Below are positions 1 to 14,584 of a stretch of DNA of 64,000 nt, piece after piece. A program made the translations under genes and the position numbers. The stretch is from NCBI GenBank assembly GCA_964057225.1, contig OZ059898.1, forward strand, positions 12,276,001 to 12,340,000, written 5' to 3'. The DNA comes from Auanema rhodensis. Its lineage: Eukaryota; Animalia; Nematoda. The notes beneath the pieces are model-generated. The model did not search any database. It had not been told where the DNA came from and was given only the letters and a program-made list of their open reading frames with translations. Every line of letters starts with the position of its first letter. Within the stretch, counting starts at the first letter, position 1.

Positions 1-427
1 GCTTAATGCTGTTCCTTTCTTATAGTCACATCCAATTTGACTAGTTATTCCAAGTACTGAAATACTTTAAGTGAACATTGATGCATAATGAAAGAAAGGG
101 GTGCTGCCTTTTTCTTTTCAAGTTGAAACTTTTTTAAACTTTTAAAAAGTTGAAAACTAAGTTTGAGAACAAATATGCATTATATGTTCAAAGTTATTGA
201 AAATGGTATCGTTGAGTACATTATAGACACATATGGAGACTCTATATCTACAACTTCTAAGAGGAGCAAGAACATATTCTCGCTAATCAAACTTCAGTTC
301 AGTTCAACTTTTTAAACTTATGCTCAATCTGAACTTACATTCATCTGTAACATTCATATCTTGTCGCTTTGCACGATCAACAGTAGTGTTTAATATGCGC
401 AAAATCTGGAATTTGTTCTTTAAAACT

Positions 428-468
<41 letters not shown>

Positions 469-1679
469 AAACATTTTTTTAAACTTAGCGTACCTGATTT
501 GCTTTCTTTTTAGGTTGTTTTGCCTTTTGATTATTCTTAGCAGCTCTTCGTTGTCTTGAATTTTTAAACCGATCACAACTAACAGATGGACTAGCTGAAA
601 CAAGACAATAAAATAAATTTAGTTGAAAAACAAATAAATTAAAAAGTAATAATGAAAGATTAAAATTCAAATAATTATTTAAATTTCTTGTTTTAACTTA
701 TTCATCACAGTTTATTTGTTTAAATTTTAGATACAAATGTTTTTTCTTCTTTTTTTTTGTTTCAAAGAAATCAAAGAAGATATTTTATTTATTTCTTTCA
801 GATCATATAAATTTTTTGTCGGTTTAATTCGTTCTTAAAGAAAACAAAGTATAAATTAAAATTTTAAAAATACTGTAATAATAATTATTAATTAAGATTA
901 ATACTTCTTTTTTTTGGACACGGAAACAATTTAAAGGATTAAACGTTTACAGCTTAATCTGTTAAAACCTGAATTGAGAGAAATTCCATACCTACTTGTC
1001 CCTTTAGTTGTTCTCTGGTTTTCAACAAAACATCATCCGATGAGTTCGAATTTTGCAGAAAACCGTTAACAATTGACAGTTTACATTCAAGACATTCCGG
1101 ACTATTACATGATTGTGGTTGCACTGTTCTAGCATTTGCTATTGGAGGTGCGGGTGCTGATTGAACATTGAGAATTGAAATCTGCAAGTTTTTAAAATGG
1201 ATTCATGAACTCAGTTTCTGGCAACTAGCACTACCAGAATTAATTAAGATTGAAATAAAAGAATAGAAAATAGAATAGAAGCAAATACCTTAGGAAACTT
1301 ATAATCTACCTGGTTGGTTGCAACTTCTTCAGTTGGTTCGGTTCCAAATAACGGAGTACCATCGTGCTGAACTAAATTGGGAAATGAATACATTGCTTCA
1401 TCAAGTGATGTAGCCATGTAGCGTGGATCATAGTTCATGCACTTTCTTGAATTCAGTGGAGTAACACAAGGACATCTTTCCTGGAGTTAAAGTTGAAGCT
1501 AATAACAAGACTTGAATAGATGGCACAAGCTGCCATCAGTAGAAGAAATATTGAGAATCCAGGATGAATAGCTCAGCTTATTGAGATTTCTGATTACTTA
1601 CCTGATCATCCGGCACAAATACGCCAAATACAGAAGTAATACATAGAGAAAATGATAAAATTCCAATTATGATATGCAT
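1..1679 (-). CDS. Secreted Cys-rich pro-protein with furin sites (putative cystine-knot-like ligand precursor); C-terminus lies beyond the window start
   Basis: Phase-consistent GT-AG exons 1679-1602, 1480-1310, 1181-992, 594-494, 405-339, 56-<1. Translation: signal peptide MHIIIGILSFSLCITSVFG, ERCPCVTPLNSRKCMNYDPRYMATSLDEAMYSFPNL, CNSPECLECK, CDRFKNSRQRRAA, DRAKRQDMNVTDELLGITSQIGCDYKKGTALS. Family assignment is inference. Confidence 0.8.
429..464. repeat. (GA)n microsatellite, intronic
   Basis: About 18 perfect GA units. Confidence 0.95.
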
Positions 1680-3020
1680 TAATCTCAACAAATTGTCGAA
1701 TATGAGTAATGAGAAAGTGGGACTGGCAAAACGGTTGCGCAAATACAATTTCAACTGGTCTGCTCTGTCTGTTATCTTTCCTCGTTTTTCTCCACCCACT
1801 TCAAACTGAATGCTATATGTCAATAGGCGACCTTTGAAGTGAAGTTGAAATAGGAAGAGAGGAGGACGACTGAAGTTGTATGTTGGCTGAACAAGCTGTC
1901 GCCAGAAATCAGTTTGCCTTTTGTTTCCTAAAACTAATTGATTAACATGCTGCTTGCTAAGATTATAACTATACTACATCATACAATAAAATGAAAACTA
2001 ACGATTGAACACAAATTAAATGGAATTTGCTCAGCTGAAAGTGATTGCGAAACATTTTTTTTTGCCTCAAAAATTATATTTTCCAACACGAAGGACAGTA
2101 GTAGCAAAAGCAAAACAATTCATTTAGAGCTGTAATACATCTTACACTGAGAGTAGAATCATTGAAAAAATAGTCAAATACATGAAATTATTTGAATAAT
2201 TTGTTTCAATTTTTTGTAAAATCGTGAAAATAAAACTTTTTCTGTCATTTTAATATAAGCACATTGATGCCAATTTCATATTTTATATGAAGTAAATCAA
2301 TAAAGTATTGTTGATTTCTATTGCAATTTAATCTTTTTATTATTTGAAATTTTCTTTTTAAAAACTTTTTATAATAATAAAACATTTAAAATAAATATTT
2401 AGTAGTAGAGCTCATACACCCGCAAAGTAAAAAAAAATCTATTAAGCAGTAATCATCAAAATGAGAGACTTATTCCAGAGACAAAATATAATATGGAGAA
2501 TGGGTTGAATGAAAAGAAAAAATTCGAAACTTTTGCCAAAAAAAAAAAAAACAACAAAGAAATATACAATAGTTTGAATTGTAAAATAAATTTTTTGCTA
2601 ATTATATATTAAACATATACTATACAAAAAAAAGAAGAATAGAATCGACAACCCTGAACACACGTAGGAAGAACCAAATAGAGAGAAATGAGACGACATG
2701 CTCACAACTTTAATTTCAAGGCACTTTACAAGAGAGTATTTGGCAATAGTTTTATATTGAATAAGAAGGTAATAAAGTAAATTTTAAGTTTTTCTTTAGA
2801 ATTATGGAAATTAAAAAAAATTTTTTTGGAAGTAAATACAACTTGATGGCTATGTGATTGATAGTTGATATATATCCATTAATGACCTTTATGATATTTT
2901 TGATGCTTTGTATAAAGATTATGATACATTTTGATTACATCACAATATAGTTTTATGGTTTTAACTATTATATATAAGTTTAGATATATATATATTGTTA
3001 TAAATTGAAAATGTCTTTCC

Positions 3021-3070
<50 letters not shown>

Positions 3071-3195
3071 AAGAGAGAAAAGAAGATTTGGGAGGTAGAA
3101 AAAAGAATAGTTCAAACTAAGAGAGAGAAAGAAAGAGAGAGAGAGGGAGAGAAAAAGTTGAGGTTGAGATAAGACATGATACTTGGTTTCGAAAT

Positions 3196-5603
3196 TCATA
3201 TCAAGCATTCCTTTGGAGGTACTGCAACACGTTGAAATGTTCCACGAGTTGATTTCCGTCTTCTCATAGCATTTGTCAAATAATGTCGTAAAGTTCGTCG
3301 AAAATTTGAACCAAATGCATAATATATTGAGAAATTACATGATGAATTGACGACAACCATTAGATTGGATAAATCAATCAGATAACTATTGACAATCTTG
3401 AAAACCAATTCCAGAAAATTGACGGTCAACGGCTGAAACATAAAATGCTAAATTTCAAGAGTTTCATACTTTTTTCAATAACTTTTCATGAAATAAGTTT
3501 TTGTACATAATATTATGTATGTGTTTGAATATTTATATCCAAAATAATGTATTATTAAAAAAAAAACAAAAAAATTTAATTCGAAATTGAAAAAGATGTT
3601 ATAAGATTATTTTTCTTCAAATTTTTGAAATAATCTCGAACAAACATATAATCTGAATGATGTTGCTAGTTACGTAAAACGAAATATATTGAACTCATTG
3701 GCTTCAATCTAATAATTTTGTTTTTTTACGATAAATTTTGTTTTTGTCTGGAAATAAATGTCCAAATACATACATACATGTGTGTACGTACATCTGAGTA
3801 TATGTAAGGTTTCAATGAAAATGAAAAAGAAAAAAAAGTTGAAAACTTTGAAACTTACCAGCACATTGCATGAGATGAAGAGACAAACAACGAGAACAAG
3901 TGTTATGATATCAGAATCTGATTCAGTATCATCAACGCCATTTCTGAATTGCAAGAAGATTATATGACTGATGATATGAAAAGAAGAAGAAGAAGAAGAA
4001 GAAGAAGAAACAATATTTTTCTTTTTGAAATAAAGAAAATTTGTAATTATTCAAATAGTTAATTACCTTTTCATGAAAACAACTATTGCAGAATTGATAC
4101 CCACAAGCAGAATGACAGGTCCAGCAGCCATGACTATTGTGTACATATAAGCATAATAGATTGTTAAATAATCCTAAAATATTAGTTAAATATATTGTAA
4201 AAATTATATTTTTATTCTTTTTTTTTTCCTTTTTTGAAATCAAAATTATTTTTGAAATAGTTTCATGAGAAGGAACCTCAATGTAAAATGCAACTGAACG
4301 ATATTATTCGCCAAATACTGAGAAAGCTCAATGAGGAGGATAAATGACAAAACATGTTTGAATTTTCAGATTATTGTGCATAATCTCTTATACAACTTAA
4401 GTTGGAAGTGGGAAAACTTACTGGATCTGATCTTAATGCTGTTGGACAAACATCTTTTGATACTGTATTATATGGCATACTCCAACAGTCGATGACAAAT
4501 ATTTCAAACATGTGAGGTGAATTATAAATGAATGCTGATAGAATAATTATTACTATCATCTAAATAATTATAATTATTCATATAGTTAATAGCAAATAAT
4601 ATATTTGAAAACTTACTATTAAAGATGTGCGCACAGAACAAAATTTATTTTTAAATTTTGGTCCAGCAGCAACAAGTACCAAACAATCAAAAGCAGCAGC
4701 TACAGTAAGAAAGACAGATAATGATTGAGCAGTAAGACCTAAATTGAATAAATTATTATTATTATTAACTATATGTTATATAAACATAAATAAATAACAA
4801 ACCTAAGGGAAACATTACTGGTGATAAAACTGCAAAATAATGAGTTGCAATTAGACTTCGTTTTCTCATATTTTCCAGAAAGAATAAGAAAAATGCTGTT
4901 AGAATGATTACAATATCAGAGCAAGCCAATGCGCACAAATACCTGGAAAAAAGCACAAATTTAGATTTTTTCCTTATTTATTACAAATAATTGGAAAAAA
5001 TTGCCAAAAATGCTTATTTTCATCAAAGTTTATACCGTTGTTTTGCTTAAAAATGGTGGTCATAACTCAATAAAATCAAGTTTTTAACTAAGCTTTTCCA
5101 GTTTAGTACTAGGTTTTCAGACTTTTCCTTATCATTATCATTCGAAAGTAAATTATTATAAATTTTATTTGGAATGCAAAACCCCTTTTTTCTTTGATTG
5201 TAGCATGTTTTTGGAAAAACAATTTAATAAACCATGCTTACACATTCAAACTTGATATCATTTCTCTTCTGGAATACGTGAATGCTGATAAAGTATTTCC
5301 AATTAAACCCATACATCCAATCAATGGTAGAAGAACTCCAATAACTATCTGAAATGTTATCAAAGATTATATCAATTAGAGAAAGTTGCTCAAGTTTCTA
5401 ACAAGCTGTATGCTTCAATCATGCTTAATCTATTGCAAACGTTAATTCAATTTTAAAAAATTCTTCCAAAAATGCTGACACGAAACTATTTCTTCTTCTG
5501 TTCATCACGTCTCTTGTGTTGCAAGACGAAATATAATTTTTGTTTTTTTGCTAGTTTATCTCTTTTTTTGTCCCGAACCCTCTCTTTCTCTCTCTCTCTC
5601 TCC

Positions 5604-5644
<41 letters not shown>

Positions 5645-7550
5645 GCTTATATTGCTCTTGCTAAATCGTCTTTTTAACCAGATACCCTTTCTCTTGGTGT
5701 ACCCCAAAATTTTATTTATTTTTCGACTTCTTTTTACTTATTTTGACTTCACATCTTTCTATTGTTCTTTTTCTTTTTCAGTTTCATTTTCTGTAACTTT
5801 ATTTTGAGCTAGCCGACTGACTTGTTCCAATTTTGAGTCTTTTTATTTTATTAATTAATGGTTTTGAATCAACTGGATCTCAAAACTTGACATCTAGTTA
5901 TTCTTGACCTTTGGATCCTTCTTCAGCTTATCTGCGTCAGCTTCATTTACGGATCTTCAAATGGAGTTGTCACAGAAAAGTTGTATGAACATCCCCAAGA
6001 TGAATTAGTTTCCTTTTGTTAAGATGAACCCTTGGAAAAAGTAAAAAGAGGGAAGAATATGCGGACTATAAAAATGGAATGACCCGTGTAATACACAGCT
6101 AAGAAGAGGGGAGCGAAAGCGGGGATGGAAAGAAGCTTGAGCTTCTGGTATTAAAACTCAAAGTAATTGACTCCAACTGCTCATTCAAGCGATTAAGACT
6201 TGTTAACTTTCTTAAGAATAACATGAAGATAAACTGGAAAAAGCAGCGATGTCATGAAGGCTTCAAAGTAAAATTAAGACTGAAGTTGAATGTAAGAAAA
6301 GCTTGTTTCTCATATAAAACTAAAAGCTGAAACACGGACTTCACAAATTTGTTATGATATAAACCTAAAATTGACCTTTTTCTTTCAATTTTCGACAAGT
6401 TTTACATAATTACTTGTATTTCAAATGAAGATGTGGGAGGTCAACTGTTGGCTTGTCCGTGTCTTCTGCTCTAATCAACATGAATTACAAGTTAACCATT
6501 TTAATTTCAGGACACATAATTTAGCCGATCAATAAATGCTTTTTCTTAGAAATTTTTCGATTCTTTGAATTAAATTTCATTAATATTGTTATTTTGAATA
6601 TTAATCTTATATAGAAGAATAAAAAAGGCAAGAATACTTAATGAAGCATCTTCAACGCAGTCTTAGACGATTACCCCTTTCGATCCTGACCATCAAAAGC
6701 CTTTCCTACTTTGTCTCCCCCTTCCCCTTTATCCATTTCACAGTTTTCCTTTTCTCTTTCTCTCTCTCTCTCCCTCTCTCTCACTTTCTCTTCCCCCCTC
6801 TCTCTCTCTCTCTCTCTCTGGAATAAATAACTCTCAAGTAAATGATCAAAAAATCCTTATAAGGACAATTGTCCTTCATTGCAAATTATCATTTAAAATT
6901 AAAAAAGTTAACAATAATTTAATATTTTTCGAGTTTTTGTGTAGTTTTGCGAAATATTGAGATAAGACTTTTCGTATAATTAAGCCCACAAGTTCCAATT
7001 AAAATCCCCATATAATTATTTTGGCTTTCAACATAAACTATGTGGCTGTGAGGATCTTTCCAACCAAAAAAATGTGTTGATGACGCCAAATACTAATTCG
7101 GATGTTCTTGAATCATGATAGAAAATGAGTATCTTCTTCCTTCAAGGAAATGCAAAAAAAAATTCCAAAACGTTGTTGAAGAGAGTGAGAACCAATTTAG
7201 AACAACTGAGACAATTCTGATGAAATAGCGAAAAACCAAATGACAATGTATAAGTAAGATGAGCCAGCTAAATACGTATTCAGCTTCATCGTTCGAAGTC
7301 AGATGGAAAACATTTAAATTCAAATCAGACAAGATTAAGCAGATGATCACGTGATGAGATGAAAAAAAAGGAGAATCGAAGACGAAGCAGACGCAGAAGA
7401 AGAAACAGACAAACTAACCAAATTGAAATGCTCATACTCCTTGGAGACAACACGTGTTTGTCCATAATCATAACACCAACCACAGATGGATAGCCCCCAA
7501 CAGACACCGTCGGCAATGGACTCATTAGTACAACCAGCTGATATATTCAT
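3196..7550 (-). CDS. Rhodopsin-class neuropeptide GPCR, FMRFamide-peptide receptor (FRPR)-like
   Basis: Exons 7550-7419, 5348-5242, 4942-4803, 4738-4617, 4559-4422, 4173-4067, 3943-3859, 3432-3196 join in frame. TM1 GLIGNTLS, TM2 YLCALACSD, TM3 TAQSLSVFLTVAAAFDCL, TM4 FIYNSPHMFE, ECL2 VCPTALR, TM5 YTIVMAAGP, TM6 LVLVVCLFISCNVLP, TM7 NLMVVVNSSCNFSIY, then FRRTL. Confidence 0.9.
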
Positions 7551-7557
7551 CTAAAAA
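7551..7557 (-). promoter_or_regulatory. 3' splice / probable SL trans-splice acceptor directly before the FRPR-like ATG
   Basis: Minus strand reads TTTTTAG|ATG; no upstream coding exon was found. Confidence 0.6.
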
Positions 7558-7568
7558 TAAAAATATAT

Positions 7569-7570
<2 letters not shown>

Positions 7571-7614
<44 letters not shown>
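7571..7614. repeat. (AT)n microsatellite
   Basis: About 22 AT units just upstream of the FRPR-like acceptor. Confidence 0.95.
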
Positions 7615-7616
<2 letters not shown>

Positions 7617-10280
7617 CTATAACATATAGTTAAATGTTTAAAAAAGAGAAAAGAAAAATCAAAAAGAGAAGATAAAGATAAAGCTGGAAATTAAATTGAA
7701 AATATTGTGAATGAACGATTTATGAATGTATGTATGTGTATATCAGATATAAATATATAGTTATATGAATAAATATATTTATTTTAGTAAAAATAAATGA
7801 AAAAAATAAATCTGAACAGCTTATAGACGTCATACAAGAGTTGTAGTTGTGTGGTCATAGAAACAAATTCAACAATAGCGATTCATCTGAGTATTTTCAA
7901 GATTGTAGTGTTTCAGATGTTTAGAAAATAACTTCAAAAAGGAAATATAAAATATGGAAAAAGGCCAAAAAACAGCTAGAAAAAGCTGATAATTGACTGT
8001 GTTTGATGAGAAGCATGATGGAAACACTTGAATAGCGGTAAAATTAAAAAGTTCACAGACATACATAGTAGATGTATGAAGGGAAAGTAAAACGAAGTGG
8101 GGTGGAGTGGAAATCCTTTGAAAAAGGCTCAACAAGGGGATGTTTCAGATGTACTATGAACAGAAAAAAGAGAGAGAGATAAAGAGAGAGAGAGAGAGAT
8201 AAAGAGAGAGAGAGAGAAGGGGGGGGGGGGTAGAGAAGAAAATAGTAAAGGTAATACAAAATATGAAATATGTTGATGATATATCATATCTATGATAATA
8301 CAGTTAGAATTGAAGGTTTAAAATATTTCTTGAAGATGAGAAAAAGTAACAGAAAAAACAACAAGAGTTATGTAGATGAAAAAGGAAAAAAAAAGTTAAA
8401 ACGAGAGAACAAAAAAAGAGGAAGAAATAAACGTCGAGAGAGAGAGTGAGAATGTTAGAAGAGGAAAAAGACCAAAATGAAGCAGTCCGTAATGTGGTCG
8501 AAAAAGCAGTAATTAGCTTATGGTTTGAGAATGTTTTGAGAAGGTCGAATGAGTTTTTTTTTCTTATAGGAGAACTAGAAGAAACAGTAAAGTATATAGA
8601 TATGTATGTATAGATGTATATCATTTGAGCTTTTCATTTCAATTTATCCAAATTTCATCTGTTTGTTACATTTATAGTTTGGCCAGTTGGTCGTATCTAG
8701 GGATGGAAAAACATGAAGGATTACAAATTGAAACCTTTTGATATTGTCCGAAATTCGAAGAAAACTGATAAAAAAAGAAAAAGAATTAAAAAAAGAACAA
8801 AAAATGAGAAAATATGAGGAAGTAGATTGGACAAAGATGAGGAAAAAGGAAAAAAGAAATGAACTAAAGGGAAAATGAGGGAATGAGTTATATGAAGCTG
8901 GAAGAAGATAGAAACAACCTTTATCCAACTATGATACTGTTGAAAATCATATTTATTCGGGAAAAAATAGAACGAACTTGACGAATAAAATGTTTTTTTT
9001 TTTTGAAAAAAAAAGATAATTTAGTGAAATATATTTAAAAAATTATAAGATTATATTATAAATTTGTAAATAGATAAGTTTAAAATACTTTGTAAACGTT
9101 GTTTTTCAGACGAGCTTTTGAGTTTATTATATAAAATATTAGAATATAATCACCAAACAGAATAAAATATATTGAACATGATGAGGAAAAATAAAAAAAA
9201 AGAAAAAGAAACAGAGAGAGCAAAAGAGAGAGGCAGAGAGAGAGAGAGAGATAGAGAGAGAGAGAGGAAACTTCAAAGTATGAAGCATGTCTGAAGATAG
9301 TATTTGTAGTCCTTTAGTCGCAAGCAGTCAAATGCTCATCAAGTCTGAAAGTGCATAGCTTTTCACATTTCAACAGTTCATTTCAACGATGACCGACTTT
9401 TCATTATGATATTTTCATTAATAGCATTACTTCTCATGAGCATTTTTGCTTGGATTGCCTGAGGTAATGTTTCATCTCAGATGCTTTGAGTGTTCGAAAT
9501 AGTAAAAGATCTCATTGCACGTCGATATTCCTACAGAAAATAGATAAATAATTTTTGGAAGAATTTCTTTTTCACTTTTTTCTTTTTCTTTATCTTTTCT
9601 ATTATCCTTCATTTTCTCCCTCCCTCCCATTCTTTCGCTTCGTTTCTCTCTTTCTCTCTCTCTCTCTCTTACTCTCAATCTTTCACTTCTTCCCATTTCT
9701 TCTACGCTCTCATATTCTTTCCTTCTATTCCATGATTGATACATTAATATGACTTGTTTTGTTCAGTTGGAGGTTAATCCCGATTGGACGATACTAATTC
9801 TCAGGTTATGCTGACTGAGCAAAATGGAGCCCGAAGCAGAATTTCGTTTTTTGCAATATTGCAAACAAATGTTTTTCTTTTCAAAATAATCTATATGAGG
9901 ATGAATAATTGTAGAAATGAATCAGACAATACTGAAATCTGAGATGTCAACAATCAGAAAACCAGATCTGAGTTTAGGTGATAGAACTATACATCAAAGC
10001 GGCAAGTTCTTTAAGCTTATCCGTTCTGTTTTCTGTTTCTCCACAACTTTTTCAGCTTGGCTCTTATGTATCACAAGAATGTACAAGAGTTTCGTTTGTC
10101 AGAGATTAATTACATCTGAAACTCAGTGTTCTATCATCATCAATTTTTTTTCTTCTTCTTATCTTTTTGATAACATAATATTTGCTGTTGGGTTTGAATT
10201 TGGATAAACAGATGTAAATATAGTTATCGCTAAATCTTCAGTTAACAAATCCAACAGAAGCACAAACACAACAACTTTCT

Positions 10281-10331
<51 letters not shown>

Positions 10332-11216
10332 TTTGGAGCTTTTTTGGGATATGACTTGCAAGCATAATATACTGTTTCGGAAGGCAATGACATTCTCCTT
10401 TAGCAGCAGAAAATGACGACGAAACACCTAGTGCTCTCATCGGCTGAATTTGATTCAAGATTTCAAAAATATTTTGGAAATAAGCTATTAAAGTTGTTAC
10501 TTTCTCATGTATAGCATGTTCGAGCATAACATGTATATGATTAGAAAATGGAATATATTAAGATGAAACGGACTAAAAAGGTAAAAAGGAGTTACTGAAA
10601 CTAGACGAAACGCAGATTTGAAAAAGAATACGAAACGAAAAAGTATTTAAATAATACAAGAGTAGTTAGATACATGAGAAGAAGAGGAAATAGTGAATGT
10701 TGAATGTGATGAGCTGTTTTGGCGGAAAAATTTCTGTTTCGAAGCGAGGAAAAACGAAAAACGAAAGTGATGTCAAAGGATGTAGTTCTCTATGTACACA
10801 CAGGTATACTGAAACATCTTTAAATAGGAAGATCATTATGAATAGATTGTGTGTATGAAGGCTGACTAAACTAAGTAGTAAACGGAACAGAGAGAGAGAG
10901 AGAGAGAAATGCATCATAACGACGAAAGATTCTGAACAAAATTTGCATCTTTTGCAGCTCATAATTAGTCATAAACACGGAATACACTTTATAAATTACT
11001 GAAACAAGTATTAAATATGAAATTCTGATTGTAATTCGAAGAAGGAAGAATAATGTTAACTATTTAATATAAATTATACATATTTAACTTATAAAACCAG
11101 GAAGCTGACGTATTCAATTGTTAAATATACGAGAGTAAAAGAAAAATAATTTTCAAGTAAACTCAATAGGATAAATAATAATTAAGTTAATATTCTATAT
11201 AGTATATAGTATATAG

Positions 11217-11267
<51 letters not shown>

Positions 11268-14200
11268 TAATATATTGAAGAGCTCAAAACTTAAAATGGA
11301 AAATAGAGAGACCAAAAAACTCAAGAACAACATTATGTATCTTAGAAGCTAATTGGCTTGCTCGCTCTCTTACTGGCAATTTCTTCAGAGAGAAAAAGAA
11401 GTGATAGAGTTGGGGACGAAAAAGATGAAATATGAATCCGTAATCTATTGCTACAATCGTATTCTTAAATGAACTAGTGAGATAATAAATTAAATTGTGA
11501 ATGTATAGATAATTGTATAAGATGAAATTAATTATTTGACTGTTTATACAAGTTTTAAAACGATTTATAATAATCTTTTATTGAGCTTAGATCATTGAAT
11601 TGAAAAAAAAAGATTAATATTTTTTATTTTTTTTTATGAACAAAGTACGAATTTCAGAAAAAAATAGAAAAACTGAATGGATAATTGAACGTAAAAAACT
11701 GAATTTTTTGGGGGGTAAAGAAGAGAAGCGGGGGGGGGGGTAGATTAAAGAGAAAAATTGAAAAAGAAATAAGAGGCAAATAAGAGAAAACAACAAAATT
11801 AATTTAGTTGAATAAGATATTCAAAATAGTTTCAGCTGTATTCATCTTTCTCATTGTTTCTGAGTTTGGAATGATGCACTTCAATATTCCCAAGCATTTA
11901 ATTTTCAAATAAAAAAATTGAAAATAGATGTTTTTTAGAATTTGTTGATAATTTCTTGGTAAGAGGACAATGTATGTAGGTGAGTTGAACAAAGAGAGAT
12001 AGAGGGAAGAGAAGAGGAAAGGAAAAGATTCTTCCCATATATGATGATAATGAAAAGGATATTGTAGACAAATAGTAGTTAACGAGATAAAAATATTCTG
12101 AAAAAAAGGAAGTTGAAGAAGCAAATGATCTAAACAGATGAGAATGATGTGATATAAATAAAGAAAATTGTGAGCAGAAAAAAAGGGGGGGGGGTATAGA
12201 GGAAAAGAAAAAATAGGATAATAGAAAAAAAAAGTGAACGAATTAGTAAAAGAAGAAGAAGATGACGTCGAAGAAAAAATAATAGTTGAAAAATGGAGGC
12301 AAAGAGCTAGTAGAGATGAAGTAGAGAGTTTGACGAGACACATACAACCGTTCGATGTAGTGGTTTTCAGTAAAAATAGCCATTTACGTATTTTTACGTG
12401 AATGACGTGTGATGTTCACGTGTGTTTATAATATAAGCCATGCGGTATTATAGTAAGATGCTAATTTGAGACTAGAATAAGACAAAAAAAAGGAAGAAGG
12501 AGATATAGAGAAGATGGGAGGAATTTCTATTTCTTTTTCCGTCATTACCCAAATAAATATTTCAAAATTGCAGAAACTAACTGAACAAAGAATAGGTTGT
12601 AGCGAAGGAGAGGCTTCTCTTTTCTTTTTTTTTTACTTCTTTTCATTGTTTTTTCTATTGTATATACATATCTATAGATGTATATATATACATGTTAGAT
12701 ACTCATAAATTTGATTCTGTACTTGTATAAACTAATAAACTATCCTCCTACTTACTATTTAGCATCATGATGATAGTGAGGATAATTCATCAAATTTCCT
12801 GCTAAAATATCTTGTAAGTAAATTGAAGACAAAATAATAAAATTTGTTGTATTACATGAGAAACAAAAAAAATGGAATTTGGTGTATCAGAAGTGAGAAA
12901 ACACTTTGACTAAAGATCAAATACAGGGATGAAATTGATGTAAACGAGATGCTTTTCCTGAAATAACTTCATAATCTTTTAATTTATTCATTTTTTTAAA
13001 ATTTCATACATACATACATATATGTATATATATATATATATATATAAATATATATGTTTATATATATCTATATATGTATATAATAATAATAATAATATAT
13101 ATTAAAGTTGTAATGATCAATAAGATATTATTATTTGAATATGTAATCTTTAAAGTTCAGCTTACGATGGAATTCAGAAGGTGAGACATAGAGAATTGGG
13201 GGGTGGGGAGCGTGTGTTGATGAAAACAACTATGAAATAGCTTTGATCTTATTATTATAACTTGATTCATATTTCTAATAAACAAGTATTGTTTTTATTC
13301 AAATATTATATATATTTTTAAATTATTCTCTTAGGTGACTAATAGATGGGTGAGAATATCTAAAGTTAAGAAAGGAGTGAAAGGGTGGCATGAGAGTAAT
13401 GAGTAGTTGACGATGTAATAGATGGATGAAGTCCATCAGAATTGTGAATGAGTCAGTGGTTACGAGAGAACGAAAAAGCTAAGACAAGGGACATACAAGT
13501 GGATACTAGCAGAAGTAGATGAAGGAGAAGGAAAGGAGGAGAAACACGAAGACAGGCAAATGTTCAAGTTAGTTGTGTCGGATAAATGGGCGTGACTTTG
13601 ACAAGAATATTTCATTTCATCTCACTTTCACTTATGAGCTTATGTTGGGATGGTTTCGGTTTGAATATGATAGCATAGTTATAGGAATGAGATTGCCTGA
13701 GGCTATGAAAAGGTGAAAAGGATTGCTCTTCGCTGGATATGAAGACATCTAGAAATAGAATTGTGGCAAGAATGTTAAATAAGGAACGCGGATAGAGTTC
13801 GTTCTATGCTTCTTATCCAAACGAAGTATTCTGCCAGGATAGATGTCGACAATCTCTTGTTCTCCTATACTTACTCACTCTTTTTAACTTCTTTGCTTCA
13901 ATAATTATAAATAGGTTAACTTTGTTATTCAGTAAAAATGGCCAAACACTGAAATCGAAATACTTAGAAGAGCAAGACTTAACTGTTTTTCTTCTTTGAA
14001 TCTTAGATTTTAACTTGATGTTACAATCATGTTTATCATTTATTACTAAACAAACGACATCGTCATTAACACAAAAAGAAAAAAAGAAGAGGAAAGAGGT
14101 AAATCAGATGACACCTATAGCGGAGATGAACGAAGAAATTGCTTGTTTGATGACATGAAACAGAAGAAACACACATACATACATACACAGAAACACATAC

Positions 14201-14540
14201 ACAAACTTCGACTTCAATATGATGCACAGTTCGAATGAAATTCAGAAGATTTGTAAAACAAAACTTCTAAGGAACAAGGGCATCTAATTCCTCAGAGTTT
14301 AATTCAACAGCATTGTCAAGAATCAGAAGTAGTTTGTGATCCATGAGCTGAATACTGAATACTATAAACGAATAGATCGGAATTATCATGAAAAAAAGAA
14401 GAAAAAGTTAACTAGATAACCGTTCAGTACTATAAACAAAACGTATTCTTCTCTCATTCTGGCCCACACATTAGTAGATTCGTTTTCTTGACATGAGCAT
14501 TGAAGAATATTATTATAAAGTTTTATAAACAGAGAGGAAG

Positions 14541-14584
<44 letters not shown>

